Positions 1-13,263 of a stretch of 64,000 bases of DNA are shown in pieces. The position numbers were made by a program, and so were the translations under genes. Each line of letters starts with the position of its first letter. Positions within the stretch are counted from its first letter, which is position 1. The notes below the pieces were generated by a model that saw nothing but the letters and a program-made list of their open reading frames with translations, searched no databases and was not told the DNA's origin. The stretch comes from Octopus sinensis (Eukaryota), in the NCBI RefSeq assembly GCF_006345805.1, contig NC_042998.1, forward strand, positions 153,636,001 through 153,700,000, read 5' to 3'.

Positions 1-803
1 ATTAGGTGGTAACAATTCAAAGTGAATTACTCCTTTTCAATACCACCAGTTAGAGAGAAGAATCTTTTTCCCATGAAGTTCCCTTCTTGGTTGTGGTTGA
101 GCTTTTTCCCTTTTACCAAGCCACTATTTACAACATTTAACATTTCAATAGAAGATCCATTTTTCATCACCAGTCACAAGTTTATCCAAAAAGGGTGAAA
201 TAAATTTGCAAGAATGAAGAGAAGAGCAGATGTCAACTCGGGATTTGTGGTTGCTTTCGGACAATTCATGAGGCACCCATTTTCCAATTTTAGGAACCTT
301 TCCAAGTTGTTGAAGATGATGATGAACAGTTGTATGGTTTGAACTAAGCTTTATTGCCAATTCTTCAACTGATAATGCAAGATTTTCTTCAAGTAATGCC
401 TCAAGGAGCATTACTCAGCTGAATGTCCTGTTCGATCTTCAACTTCAAGGCTGAAATCTCCACTTCTGAATTTTGCAAACCATCTTCTGCAAGTTCTTTC
501 ATTCAAACATTATTTCCCATAAACTGAGTGTATGCTTCGAGTTGCTTCGGCTGCAGAGTTTCCTTTTTTGTACTCATAAAGCATTATGTGCCTCAAATGC
601 TCTTTGGATACTTCCATGTTAGAAAGGGTTTTAATCAAAGAAATTTTAATTCTATTATTCTGTAAAATAATATTTTATTAGTTTAAATGTACACAAATGC
701 ATAAAAGATAATTTTTAATTCCATTAGACATTCTAAAATACTATTAAATTTCATTCAATTTTAAAAAAGATAAACTCGGACAGAACTTATGGGATGACCT
801 GAT
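1..803 (-). mobile_element. Mariner (Tc1/mariner) DNA transposon, decayed, running off the left window edge
   Basis: Minus strand from ATG at 617 reads MEVSKEHLRHIMLYEY...RTCRRWFAKFRSGDFSL, then GKWVPHEL and LVTGDEKWIFY (ORF 145..411). These are mariner WVPHEL and first catalytic Asp motifs, with stops and frameshifts. A TIR-like end (rc ATCAGGTCATCCCATAAGTTCTGTCC) lies at ~775-803. Confidence 0.9.
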
Positions 804-1149
804 TTGTTGCTTCCATAGGTATGATTCTATACTTAGCCATGTTGGGAATGACTGAATTGGTTTTCATGACTAACAAAAAAGAACAATGCAAAAACATATG
901 CAACGCGTATTTTACTGTAGTTTTGAGCCATCCAGTGCCTTCTAAGAGTCTACTCATCAATGACAAGCAGAGGGTAGCTCTTTGATCAGGCTAAGATGCA
1001 TTCAGATGATGAGGGACCCACTTACCAATTTAGATTCATTGTAGTTTATGAAAGTGTGTTATGATCGAAGTGTGAATTTAATTGAACTGTTTTGCTAATT
1101 TAAATGTATTTTGCTTTGGATTTTCTTTGTCTACAGTTTTCAGAAGAGA

Positions 1150-1954
1150 GCTGAGAGTATTCTGCACAAGGGACATGGCATGATGAAGGTTTCTCCTCAG
1201 TGGGTTCTACATCTGACACCTGATCTAAAGTGCACTAGGCTGATCACATTACAGAAAATCTGACATTATTTCAGGCAGATCCAGCTGGTTTCCTTGAACA
1301 TTTCCTAACCCAGAATGAGTGTTGGCTCCATTACTTTGAGCCAAAGACAAAGAGACAATTCATGCAGTGAAAATATCCTTCTTCACCTGCTCCAAAAAGG
1401 CCAACATCGTTTTTTCCACAGGGAAAATGATAGCCTCAGTTTTTTAGATACAAAAGGTATTATGTTTATTGACTAGCTTCAAATGAGCCACACCATCAGT
1501 GGAGAGTACTATGCCAACTTTCTGAGGCAGTTACAAAAGACTATCAAGACCAAATATTCAGGAAAACTGATGAAAGAGGTCTTGTTTCATCAGGACAATG
1601 CTCCAGCACACAAGTCCTTGGTTTCAATGGCTACTGTGCATGACTGTGGTTTTGAGCTGGTTGATCAACCTCCATGTTCTCCTTATTTGGTCCCACCTGA
1701 CTATCATCCATTCCCAACATGAAAAACTCTTGACTGGGAACCACTATCACAGTGATGATGACATCATAACTGCTGTTGATGACTTTTTTGACCTACAGGA
1801 TGACAACTTCTTCACCAATGGGATTCAAACACTAACACCAATGGAAGAAGTATGGGTTACTGCAAGGGGAATTATGTTGAAAAATAAACCTCGTTTGGTT
1901 ACAATCCATGAGAGTATCTTATTCAGCCTGTGAACTCTTCAGCCAACCCTTGTA
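1150..1954 (+). mobile_element. Second mariner family, 5'-truncated, decayed transposase
   Basis: ORF 1483..1722 has HQDNAPAHKS and PPCSPYLVPPDYH (degenerate YSPDLAPSDY motif). A 3' TIR reads TGAACTCTTCAGCCAACCCTTGTA at 1931-1954. Confidence 0.88.
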
Positions 1955-2029
1955 TTAGCTATTTAGTGACAGAAGCAGACTGTAACAAATACTAATTAGG
2001 AATCCAACTAAATTTAAGAGTGCTGTTCG

Positions 2030-2504
2030 GAACACTGTAGACTGTGGTAAATTATCTCATATAGACAACAAATGTTAAAAAGCTCAGATTACATCAGCTG
2101 ATGAAATTTTGTCAGCACCTGCAAATGGCACTGTTTTATTATGTGGTTTCGTAAATTGTGAATTGTCAACAAACAGGCAGCCAAACACTGAATGGATTTG
2201 CTCATTGATATTCATTACAAAAGCTGCTTCTGTCACTAATAGTTAATTTATCTATAGCCCACCAGCATTTTGTGACATTACTGATTGTTTAACCAGTGTT
2301 AAATTGTAATGGCTCAACTGATTTTTCATCTGGCACTCAGTGTTTGACTGTCTTTTGCCAATGATTTGCAATTTATGATGAAATCATGGATTATAACAGT
2401 GCCATCTGTCAATGCTAAAGAAATTTCATCAGCTGTTATAATCCATGCTTTTAAGCATTTGTTGTAGATGATTTCTCAGATATTCATTACAGTCTGCAGT
2501 GTTC
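2030..2504. mobile_element. Foldback/MITE-like element with long imperfect inverted arms
   Basis: GAACACTGTAGACTGT (2030-2045) pairs with ACAGTCTGCAGTGTTC (2489-2504). Arm similarity continues inward for about 170 bp. Confidence 0.7.
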
Positions 2505-2537
2505 TAAAGAACACACACTAATCAATACATACATACA

Positions 2538-3320
2538 TCATCACCATCATCAACATTTAATGTCTGTTGTACATGCTGGCATGGGTTGGACGGTTTGACC
2601 AGAGCTGGTAATCTGAGGGGCTGCACCCAGACTTCAGTCTGATTTGGCATGGTTTCTATGGCTGGATGCCCTTCCTAATTCCAACCATTCTGAGAGTGTA
2701 ATGTGTGCATTTACTTGTCACTGGCACAAGTGCTGATTGCTTGACACCAGTATCTACCATGATTATGATTTCATTTGGCTTGATGGGTTTTCTTCTCAAG
2801 CACAGCATATTGCCAAAGGTCATTTGTTATTGCTTCTGTGAGACCCAATGCTTGAAAGATGCTTTTTACATTCCACTGGCACTGATGCTAGTTACAGAAC
2901 ACCAGCATCAGCCACATTGCTTTTGTGAGGCCAACACTCAAAAGGTGCTTTTTACATGTCAACAGCATGGATGCTAGTTACATGGCCACAACTATGATTT
3001 CACTTGGCCTGATGGGTGTTCTCAAGCACAGCATATCATCAAAGGTCTTGGTCACTAGTCATTGCCTCCATGAAGCCCAATGTTCAAAGATCATGCTTCA
3101 CCACCTCATCCCATGTCTTCCTCTTCCACAGCTTGCCTCCACTGTTAAAGATCGGTACTTCTTCATGCAACTGTCCACATCCATACGGATCACATGAGTC
3201 GTCTCTCTTGCACACCACGCGTGATGCCTCTTATGCACAACTTAAGTTAGGTTGTTGGACATGCACATCCCATTCCAGACACCAAACTGACACTCAGACA
3301 CTGAGAGCTATTCTATTGGA
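2538..3320 (-). mobile_element. RTE LINE 3' remnant (ORF end, degenerate 3' UTR repeats, (ATG)n tail)
   Basis: Resembles 10304-11450, including GCTGGATGCCCTTCCTAA, the CATCAT tail and the reverse complement of the GRPRKTW region. Confidence 0.75.
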
Positions 3321-4148
3321 CCTCTGTCAAATCATTAAGACATTGATTTAAATATGAACATAGAAAGAAATTATACATTAATCCCTTTTTTTTTGTAAAC
3401 AGTTGTATCTGTCAAAATTTTATTTGCAGAGAGCAGAAATTGAAAGAAGATATATGAAATGGACGTGTGTGTGTGTGCATGCATGCATGTGTGCTTGTGC
3501 GTGTGTATGTGAGAGAGAAAGCGGGTGAGAAAGAGAGACAGAGTGAGTGGAGGAGTGACGTGATGATTGACATCTTTTTAAGGTACACACACATACATAG
3601 AAAATGTGAGGTCATCGTATAAAATTTTTACGATAGTTGATTTAAATTTTTGAAATGCAAATATGTAAATGAAAATTGAGTTCAGACTTCTACATGGTAG
3701 CTAGACCTGGTAGATATAGCAGCCAAATCTCCCTCAAAACACCATACTGTCTTAATCCGACAATTCTGCCTATTATGTAGTTTGAATGTGAAACTGTAAC
3801 TAAAGATTAAGATTATTAACCCCACAAAGAAGTGAAAGAAGAGAGACAGCATAGCGAAAGTTTTGGCTGACTGTCATCCTGTACTCCCCTTGTTGCTAGC
3901 AAAATTGTATATTCCAGCTATGTGAGCAACTGGTTGTTTTAATGGTGAAACAAACAGGAATTCCATTAGAAGAGTTTTAATCGATTTTCTCAGTAACTAT
4001 CGGTGCTAGGGGAAAAATACAAACCGCATTCCAATCTATGCACCCGTCTCCACATGTGTGCCATTTTTTCACGTGAATTCATCCAGCCAATTGGCTGTGA
4101 ACCTCAAGAATACCTCAAGAATCACCCATATCCAATTTATATTATAGA

Positions 4149-4478
4149 TTAAGATGGCTATCAACAATTTAAAAACAAAAAGGCACAACTACAAACATCA
4201 TTAAATTGACTAAGAGTGCAAATCAGCACCAGCATTGCTAGGAATAAGAGTTAAAACAACTCTTAACCATGGACATGCACTTGTGTATTGACTGACATGG
4301 GAGACCAACCTCCCTCTTGTTGTAAGGAGGTTGGTCTCCCTTATCAGTGCTTGCCCATGACTAAGAGTTGTTTTAGCTCTTATTTCTAGCAATGCTGGGG
4401 TTGATTTGCACCCATTGTCACTTAAGTGATGTTTGTACTTGTGCCTTTTGGTTTTTAAATTGGGGATAGCCAACTTAA
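4149..4478. mobile_element. ~330 bp palindromic MITE flanked by TTAA
   Basis: TTAA at 4149-4152 and 4475-4478. Arms are complementary along their length. A perfect central stem GGGAGACCAACCTCC (4299-4313) / GGAGGTTGGTCTCCC (4326-4340) closes a 12-nt loop. Confidence 0.85.
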
Positions 4479-4490
4479 TAATATGCATAC

Positions 4491-4688
4491 GTGTGTGTGT
4501 ATGTATATATATATATATTTATATTATATGATATATATATTATATATATAATATATATATATAGAATGTATATAATATATATATATATATATGGATGTAT
4601 ATATATATATAATATATATATATATATGTATGTATTATTATATATATATATATATATGAATGTATATATATATATATATATATGTATG

Positions 4689-4722
<34 letters not shown>

Positions 4723-4862
4723 ATAATATAATATATATGAATGTTATATATATTATATATATATAGATATATATTATATATATATATGTATGTATATTAT
4801 ATATATATATATATAATGTAGGTATATATATGTATATATATTTATTATATATATATATGTAT

Positions 4863-4894
<32 letters not shown>

Positions 4895-4925
4895 AATATA
4901 TATATATATATATATATATGATATG

Positions 4926-4956
<31 letters not shown>

Positions 4957-5095
4957 ATATATATATATTATATGTATGTATAGTAATATTATAGATATAT
5001 TGTATGTATATATATATATATATAGTATGATGTGTATATATATATATATATATATATGATGTATATATATCTATATATATATATATGTATGTATG

Positions 5096-5158
<63 letters not shown>

Positions 5159-5317
5159 ATATATATATATAATATATGTATGTATATATATATATCTATG
5201 TATGTATGTATATATATATATATGTATGTATATATATAATATAGATGTATGTATATAATATATATATGTATGTATATAATATTATATAATGTATGTATAT
5301 ATATATATATATGTATG

Positions 5318-5349
<32 letters not shown>

Positions 5350-5366
5350 TATGTATGTATATATAT
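4491..5366. repeat. (TA)n/(TATG)n compound microsatellite
   Basis: Direct reading of the sequence. Confidence 0.97.
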
Positions 5367-6275
5367 TGGGCTGAAAAGAATAGCATGCAGTTCAATGCTG
5401 AAAAGTTTCAAGCTTTATACTATCAGCATGCAAAACTGAATGCAATACCCAAGGAATACACTGGACCCGGAGGGATTGCAATCCCAGAGGCACAATCAGT
5501 GCGTGACCTGGGTATTCACATGAGTGATGACGCGACCTTTCATGTACATGTTGCTAAACTGAAAGTGAAATGCAGACGGCTGGCTGGATGGATTCTTAGA
5601 ACCTTTAGAACAAGAGAACAAGAAACCATAATGGTCCTCTGGAAGACACTTGTCCTAAGTCACTTTGACTATTGCTCTCAGCTATGGTCACCATCCAGTG
5701 TCAAGTTGATCACAGAACTTGAGGCGATCCAACGAAGCTACACGAAGAAGATAGCCTCTATGCAGAATGTAAGCTACTGGGAAAGACTCAAGAGATTAAA
5801 ATTATATTCCCGGGAGCGTAGGCGGGAAAGATATGCCATAATATACATCTGGAAGATCCTGGAGGGAAGCGTCCTGAACGTTGGCATCGAGAGTTACGCA
5901 AACGCCAGAACTGGGCGCCACTGCGTGGTGCCTCGGACTCCAAACTTGCCATCAAGATGTAGGACAAGATTCTGTGATAGCCTGGGCTTCCGAGGCCCAC
6001 AGCTCTTCAATATCCTCCTGATGAACCTGAGAGACCTGCATGGAGTGGATACAGATGTCTTTAAAATGGAGCTGGATCTCTTCCTGTCAGGTGTCCCAGA
6101 TGAACCAACTTCACGGCAGGAGTGGCAGATGAGGGCAGCTGCATCGAACTCTCTCATGCACCAAATAGCAGTTGCTAGAAAGCCTCCATGAAGTGAAACC
6201 AAGTAGCAACACCAAATGGCGGTGCCCCAGCATGGCCACAGCTCATAAGCTGAAACTGGAATCAATCAATCAATC
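5367..6275 (+). mobile_element. CR1-group LINE family A, 3' fragment (post-RT region and 3' tail)
   Basis: ORF 5289..6191: [47 protein letters not shown]. Ends in an (AATC)n tail. Reverse-complement match to 17133-17950. Confidence 0.9.
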
Positions 6276-6359
6276 ATATATATATTATATATATATGTAT
6301 GTAATATATATATATGGTATGTATATATATATATGTATGATAATATATATATATGGATG

Positions 6360-6420
<61 letters not shown>

Positions 6421-6543
6421 ATATATATATATATATGTATGTATATATATATATATTGTATGTATATATATATATATGTATGTATATATATATATATATG
6501 TATGTATAATATATATATGTATGTATATATATATATATATATA

Positions 6544-6599
<56 letters not shown>

Positions 6600-6607
6600 A
6601 TTATATG

Positions 6608-6643
<36 letters not shown>

Positions 6644-7257
6644 TATGTATTATAGTATATAATATATGTATATATATATGTATAATATATATATGTATGT
6701 ATATATATATATGTATGTATATATATATATATATATATGTAGTATATAATATATTGTATGTATATTATAATATGTATGTGTAATATATATATATGTATGA
6801 TAGTATATATATATATGTATGGATATATATATAGATTATGTAGTATATTATATATATATAGGTATGTATGTATGTTATTATAGATATAATATGTATGTAT
6901 ATATATATATATATATGTATGTATATATATATATATAATATGTATAGATATTAATTATTGTATGTATATATATATGTATCTATATATATATGTATGTATG
7001 TATGTTGTATATATGTAGATATATATATATAGTATGTATATATAATATATGTATATATATCTATATATATGTAATGTATATATATATATATAATGTATGT
7101 ATATATATATATATATGTATGTATATATATATATATCTGTATGTATATATATATATATATGTATGTAATATATATATATATGTATGTATATATATATATA
7201 TATGTATGTATATATATATATATATATGTATGTATATATATATATTATATATATATG

Positions 7258-7304
<47 letters not shown>

Positions 7305-7333
7305 GTATATGTATGTATATATATATATATGTA
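6276..7333. repeat. (TA)n/(TATG)n microsatellite
   Basis: Direct reading. Confidence 0.97.
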
Positions 7334-7624
7334 TGGGCTTCCGAGGCACAGCTCTTCAATATCCTCCTGATGAACCTGAGAGACCTGCATGGAGTGGATA
7401 CAGATGTCTTTAAAATGGAGCTGGATCTCTTCCTGTCAGGTGTCCCAGAGATGAACCAACTTCACGGCAGGAGTGGCAGATGAGGGCAGCTGCATCGAAC
7501 TCTCTCATGCACAAATAGCAGTTGTAGAAAGCCTCCATGAAGTGAAACCAAGTAGCAACACCAAATGGCGGTGCCCCAGCATGGCCACAGCTCATAAGCT
7601 GAAACTGGAATCAATCATCAATCA
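7334..7624 (+). mobile_element. CR1 family A 3' tip (second copy)
   Basis: Near-identical to ~5985-6275 with small indels. Confidence 0.9.
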
Positions 7625-7760
7625 TATATATATATATATATAGTATGTATATATATATATATATGTATGTATATATATATATGTATGTATATATATATCT
7701 ATGTATGATATATTATATATATATATATATATGTATGTATATTATATATATATATATATA

Positions 7761-8045
7761 TGGGGTTCAGGGGCCCTCAGCTGTTCAACAAACTGCCAAG
7801 AAAACTAAGAGATCTACATGATGCGGATGTGGACATTTTCAAAAAAACATCTAGACAAGCTGCTTTCCGGGATCAGATGAACCCACTGCAAGGTACGAAG
7901 GTAACCTAAGGGCAGCAGCTACAAACTCTCTCTTAGATCAGTGGCCCAGCACGGCAAACTGGACTTAGAGAGGGTAGCAACAGGGCGGTGCCCAGCATGG
8001 CCTCAGCCGGATGAGAACAAGTAAAAGAGTAAAAGAGTAAAAGAA
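7761..8045 (+). mobile_element. CR1 family B 3' tip with (AGTAAAAG)n tail
   Basis: Near-identical to ~16246-16517. Confidence 0.88.
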
Positions 8046-8257
8046 TGTATATATATATATATATATGTATGTATATATATATATATATATGTATGTATAT
8101 ATATATATATATGTATGTATATATATATATGTATGTATAATATAATAATGTATGATAATATATATATGTATGGTATATATATTATATATATATATATGTA
8201 TATATATTATAATATGTATATATATATATATATATGTATGTATATATATATATATAG

Positions 8258-8288
<31 letters not shown>

Positions 8289-8397
8289 TGTTATATATAT
8301 ATATATATATAGATATATGTATATATATATATATATATATAATATGTATATATATATATTAATAGATGTATATATATATATATATGTATATATATAT

Positions 8398-8428
<31 letters not shown>

Positions 8429-8685
8429 GTATATATATATATAGTATGTATATATATATGTATGTATATATATATATATATGTATTGGTATAGTATATAT
8501 ATGTATGTATATATATAATATATGTTGTTATATATATATTATGTATGTATATATATATATATTGTATGTATATATATATATATATATATGTATGTATATA
8601 TATATATATATATATGTATGTATATATATATATATGTATGGATATATATATATATATATGGAGTATATATATATTATTATGTATG

Positions 8686-8716
<31 letters not shown>

Positions 8717-8845
8717 ATATATAATATATATGTATATTATTATATATATGATTATATAATATATATGTATGTATGGTATATATATATACATGTATCTATA
8801 TATATATGTATGTATGTATATATATATATATATATATATAGTATG

Positions 8846-8877
<32 letters not shown>

Positions 8878-8927
8878 GTTAGTATATAAATATATATATG
8901 TATTGTATAATATTATATATATATATG

Positions 8928-8959
<32 letters not shown>

Positions 8960-9090
8960 GTATGTATATATATATATATGTATATATATATATTGGAGTA
9001 TATATATATATAGTATGTTATTATATATATATATATAATATTATGTATAATATATATATATATGTATGTATATATATATATATATATATG

Positions 9091-9126
<36 letters not shown>

Positions 9127-9225
9127 ATATATATATATATATGTATGTATATATATATATTATATATATGTATGTATATATATATATGTATGTATATATA
9201 TATATATATTATGTATGTATATATA
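8046..9225. repeat. (TA)n/(TATG)n microsatellite
   Basis: Direct reading. Confidence 0.97.
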
Positions 9226-10086
9226 TATCCAGTCTAAACTTCCATAAGGCAAACTGGAAGAAGATCAACGAAGAGATCGAGATCCGAAAACATGACTGGA
9301 GTGACTCATCACCACACCAAGACACCAACACACATTTCCAACATTTCATGACAACAATACAGAACATATGCCATAAGTTTGTCCTGGAGAAAAAAGCCAG
9401 CGGGCATAGAGAACGTTATTCCCAGAGACAGGAAAATACTTATGAGGCGAGAGCTAAGCTCTCGAAGCAACTGAACGCACGGCAGAGAAACAATGAGGGA
9501 CTCCACCTGAAACTTTTTGAAACGGAAACTGCACTCAAACTTTCCTATGAGAAGGAGAGGGCAGAGAGAGAAGCCAGGCCATAGAGAATATTAAAACAAA
9601 CCCTAAAGCCTTCTTTAAATTTGCGAAAGAAACACCCTCGGTACACTGCAAGATTGGCCACTCTTTGATAAAAAAGGGCTCTCTAACTGAGGACCCCCAA
9701 GGGATAAGTGAAATACTAAAGGAACAGTATAAAAGTGTGTTCACATCCCCTCTGGGGCACATGCAAATCACAAACCCAGAAGTTTTCTTTGATGCCACAA
9801 CACTCCAAAACCAAACAACAACCATCAACCACATAGACATAACAGAGAGGGATGTAATATCTGCCATAGAAGAAATGAGAATAAATTCAGCTGCTGGACC
9901 AGATGGATTCCCAGCAGTCCTCCTAAAAGCATGCAGGCATGCCCTAGCGGGACCACTGAAGAAGCTCTTCAGTGGTTCCTTGGCTAACGGTAAACTGCCC
10001 AGGGCGCTAAAAGAAGGCACCATATGCCCTATCCACAAAGGAGGGAGTAGAGCAGAGGCCACAAAAACTACAGGCAGTCTCCCTGA
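9226..10086 (+). mobile_element. CR1 family B internal fragment (EN-RT linker), ending at the scaffold gap
   Basis: Near-identical to ~14263-15096. Encodes LNFHKANWK and SAAGPDGFPAVLLK. Confidence 0.9.
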
Positions 10087-10186
10087 NNNNNNNNNNNNNN
10101 NNNNNNNNNNNNNNNNNNNNNNNNNNNNNNNNNNNNNNNNNNNNNNNNNNNNNNNNNNNNNNNNNNNNNNNNNNNNNNNNNNNNNN
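10087..10186. other. Assembly gap (100 N)
   Basis: Run of exactly 100 N. Confidence 0.99.
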
Positions 10187-10303
10187 TCTATAAAATAAAT
10201 AATTTACTCTGCTATGATTGAGTACTTATTGACTGTGGTTAACCCCGACTCAACGGGACCTATATATATATATATGTATCTATATATATAATATATGTAT
10301 ATT

Positions 10304-12591
10304 ATCATCATCATCATCATTTAGCGTGCCCATTCTTCATGCTAGCATTGGTTGGACGGTTCAACTGGGGTCTGTGAAGCTGGAAGGCTTCATCAGGCCC
10401 AGTCAGATCTGGCAGTGGTTTCTACGCTGGATGCCCTTCCTAACGCCAACCACTCCATGAGTGTAGTGGGTGCTTTTTACGTGCCACCCGCACAGGTGCC
10501 AGACAGAGCTGGCAAACGGCCATGAACGGATGGTGCTTTTTACGTGTCACCGGCACGGGGCCAGGCGAGGCTGGCAACGGACACGAACGGATGGTGGTTT
10601 TACGTGCCACCAACACGGGGGCCAGACAGAGCTGGCAAACGGCCACGAACGGATGGTGCTTTTTACGTGTCACCGGCACGGGGGCCAGGCGAGGCTGGCA
10701 ACGGACACGAACGGATGGTGCTTTTACATGTCACCGACATGGGGGGCCAGACAGGCTGGCAACGGCCACAAACGGATGGTGCTTTTACATGTCACCAACA
10801 TGGGGGCCAGGCAGGGCTGGCAATGGCCACGAACGGATGGTGCTTTTACGTGTCACCGGCACGGGGGCCAGACAGAGCTGGCAAACGGCCACGAACGGAT
10901 GGTGCTTTTACGTGTCACCGGCACGTGGGCCAGACAGTGCTGGCAAACGGCCACAAACGGATGGTGCCTTTACGTGCCACCGGCACGGGGGCCAGACCAG
11001 GCTGGCAACGGACACGAACGGATGGTGCCTTTACGTGCCACCGACACGGGGGCCAGACAGGGCTGGCAAACGGCTACGAACGGATGGTACTTTTACGTGT
11101 CACCTGCACGGGGGCCCTGATGTTGATCGACCTCAATTTGGTTTGATTTGATTTGACTGTTCTCACTGGTCTTGCCGGGTTTTCTCACGCACAGCATACC
11201 TCCAAAGGTCTCGGTCACTGGTCATTTCCTTGGTGAGACCTAAAGTTCGAAGGTCGTGCTTCACCGCCTCGACCCAGGTTTTCCTGGGTCTACCTCTTCC
11301 ACAGGTCCCCTCAACTGCCAGGGGTGTGCACTTTCGCACACAACTATCTTCAGCCATTCTCATCACATGACCATACCAGCGCATACGTCTCTCTTGCACA
11401 CAACAACTGATGCTTCTTAGGTTCAACTTTTCTCTCAAGGTACTTACACTCTGTCGATTATGAACACTGACGTTACACATCCATCGGAGCATACTAGCTT
11501 CATTTCTTGCGAGCTTACGCAAATCCTCAGCAGTCACAGCCCAAGTTTCACTACCATGTAGCATGGCTGTACGTACACATGCATCATACAGTCTGCCTTT
11601 TACTTTGAGCGAGAGGCCTTTTGTCACCAGCAGGGGTAAGAGCTCTCTAAACTTTGCCCAGGCTATTCTTACTCTAGCAGTTATATTTTCAGCGCACCCG
11701 CCCCCGCTACTGACTTGGTCACCTAGGTAACGGAAACTATCAACTACTTCTAGCTTTTCTCCCTGGAAAGTGAGGGAAGTTGGTCTCAGAGCATTTTCAG
11801 TGTTAATTGCTCCTGAGCATCTGCCACATACAAAAACCATCTTCCTAGTTAGCCTTCCTTTGACATTGCTGCACCTCTTATGTGTCCATAGCTTACACTT
11901 GGTGCATCTTATAGAGTTTCTACTACACCTTTTCTACAGATCGAGCAGGGCCATCTACCTGAAGGCGTTTGTGATTGGTCTACCTTCCTACTTATTAGGA
12001 CTTTGGTTTTGGTTAGGTTGATTCTAAGGCCCTTCGATTCTAAACCTTGTTTCCATACCTGAAACTTCTCCTCCAGTTCTGATAGAGACTCAGCAACTAG
12101 AGCAAGGTCATCAGCATAGAGGAGCTCCCAGGGGCATTCTGTCTTGAATTCCTCCGTTATTGCCTGGAGGACTATGATAAATAGGAGGGGACTGAGGACT
12201 GAACCTTGGTGGACCCCAACCTCTACCCTGAATTCTTCACTGTACTCGTTGCCAACCCTCACCTTACTAGCAGCGTCTCTGTACATGGCTTGTACAGCTT
12301 TCACTAACCATTCATCTATCCCTAGTTTCCTCATTACCACAGATGAGGGATCGGGGGACCCTGTCGAAGGCTTTCTCCATATCAACAAAAGCCAGGTATA
12401 GGGGCTTGTCTTGGCTAGGTATTTCTCTTGCAGCTGTCTTACCATGAAAATAGCATCAGTAGTACTTTTCCCTGGCATGAACCCAAACTGCATCTGATCT
12501 AGGCTAACTCTCTCTCTACTTACTGGGCTATAACCCTCTCCGTAACCTTCATTACCTGATCCAGCAGCTTGATACCCCTGTAGTTAATGTG
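10304..12591 (-). mobile_element. RTE-clade LINE, 5'-truncated, frameshifted RT and C-terminus, 3' UTR minisatellite, (ATG)n tail
   Basis: ORF 11909..12493: QFGFMPGKSTTDAIF, GVHQGSVLSPLLF, LLYADDL. ORF 11163..11840: EVVDSFRYLG, MLHGSETW, GRGRPRKTW. Tail (CAT)n at 10304-10320 on the plus strand. Confidence 0.93.
10471..11115. repeat. GC-rich minisatellite, ~10.5 copies of a 61-62 bp unit, inside the RTE 3' UTR
   Basis: Unit is approximately TGCTTTTACGTGTCACCGGCACGGGGGCCAGACAGAGCTGGCAAACGGCCACGAACGGATGG, repeated head to tail. Confidence 0.95.
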
Positions 12592-12691
12592 ATATATATA
12601 TATTATATAGATATATATATATGATATATATATATACTTATATAATATATATATATATAGTATATATATATATATGTATATATATATTATG

Positions 12692-12747
<56 letters not shown>

Positions 12748-12748
12748 G

Positions 12749-12782
<34 letters not shown>

Positions 12783-13032
12783 GTATATATATGTATATAT
12801 ATATGTATATATATATGTATATATATATATATGTATATTATATGTATTATATATATATGTATATATATATGTATATATGTATATATGTATATATATTATA
12901 TGTATATATATATGTATATATGTATATATATATATATGTATATTATATGTATATATGTATATATGTATATATGTATATATATATATATATAGTATATATG
13001 TTTATATGTATATATATATATATGTATATATG

Positions 13033-13065
<33 letters not shown>

Positions 13066-13132
13066 GTATATATATATGTATATATATATGTATATATGTA
13101 TATATATATACATATATATGTATATATATATA
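12592..13132. repeat. (TA)n/(TATG)n microsatellite
   Basis: Direct reading. Confidence 0.97.
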
Positions 13133-13263
13133 TTTTTTTTTTTTTACTTGTTTCAACCATCCGGCTGAGGTCATGCTGGGGCACCGCCCTTGTTGCTACC
13201 CTCTCTAAGTCCAGTTTGCCGTGGCTGGCCACTGATCTAAGAGAGAGTTTGTAGCTGCTGCCC
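13133..13263 (-). mobile_element. CR1 family B 3' tip, inverted, with poly(A)
   Basis: Reverse complement matches 16393-16511. The poly-T on the plus strand at 13133-13145 is its poly(A). Confidence 0.88.

Noticed and set aside
3960-4148. Helitron-like non-autonomous fragment ending TTATATTATAGAT
   Set aside because: Resemblance by recall only; no diagnostic termini could be confirmed.
10375-10405. CTGATGA plus small hairpin (minus strand) in the RTE tail as a hammerhead
   Set aside because: No GAAA follows stem II, and there is no stem I or stem III.
10471-11115. Repeat array as CRISPR, or its 200-aa ORFs as genes
   Set aside because: Units are contiguous with no unique spacers, there are no cas genes, the context is eukaryotic, and the ORFs are repeat translations.
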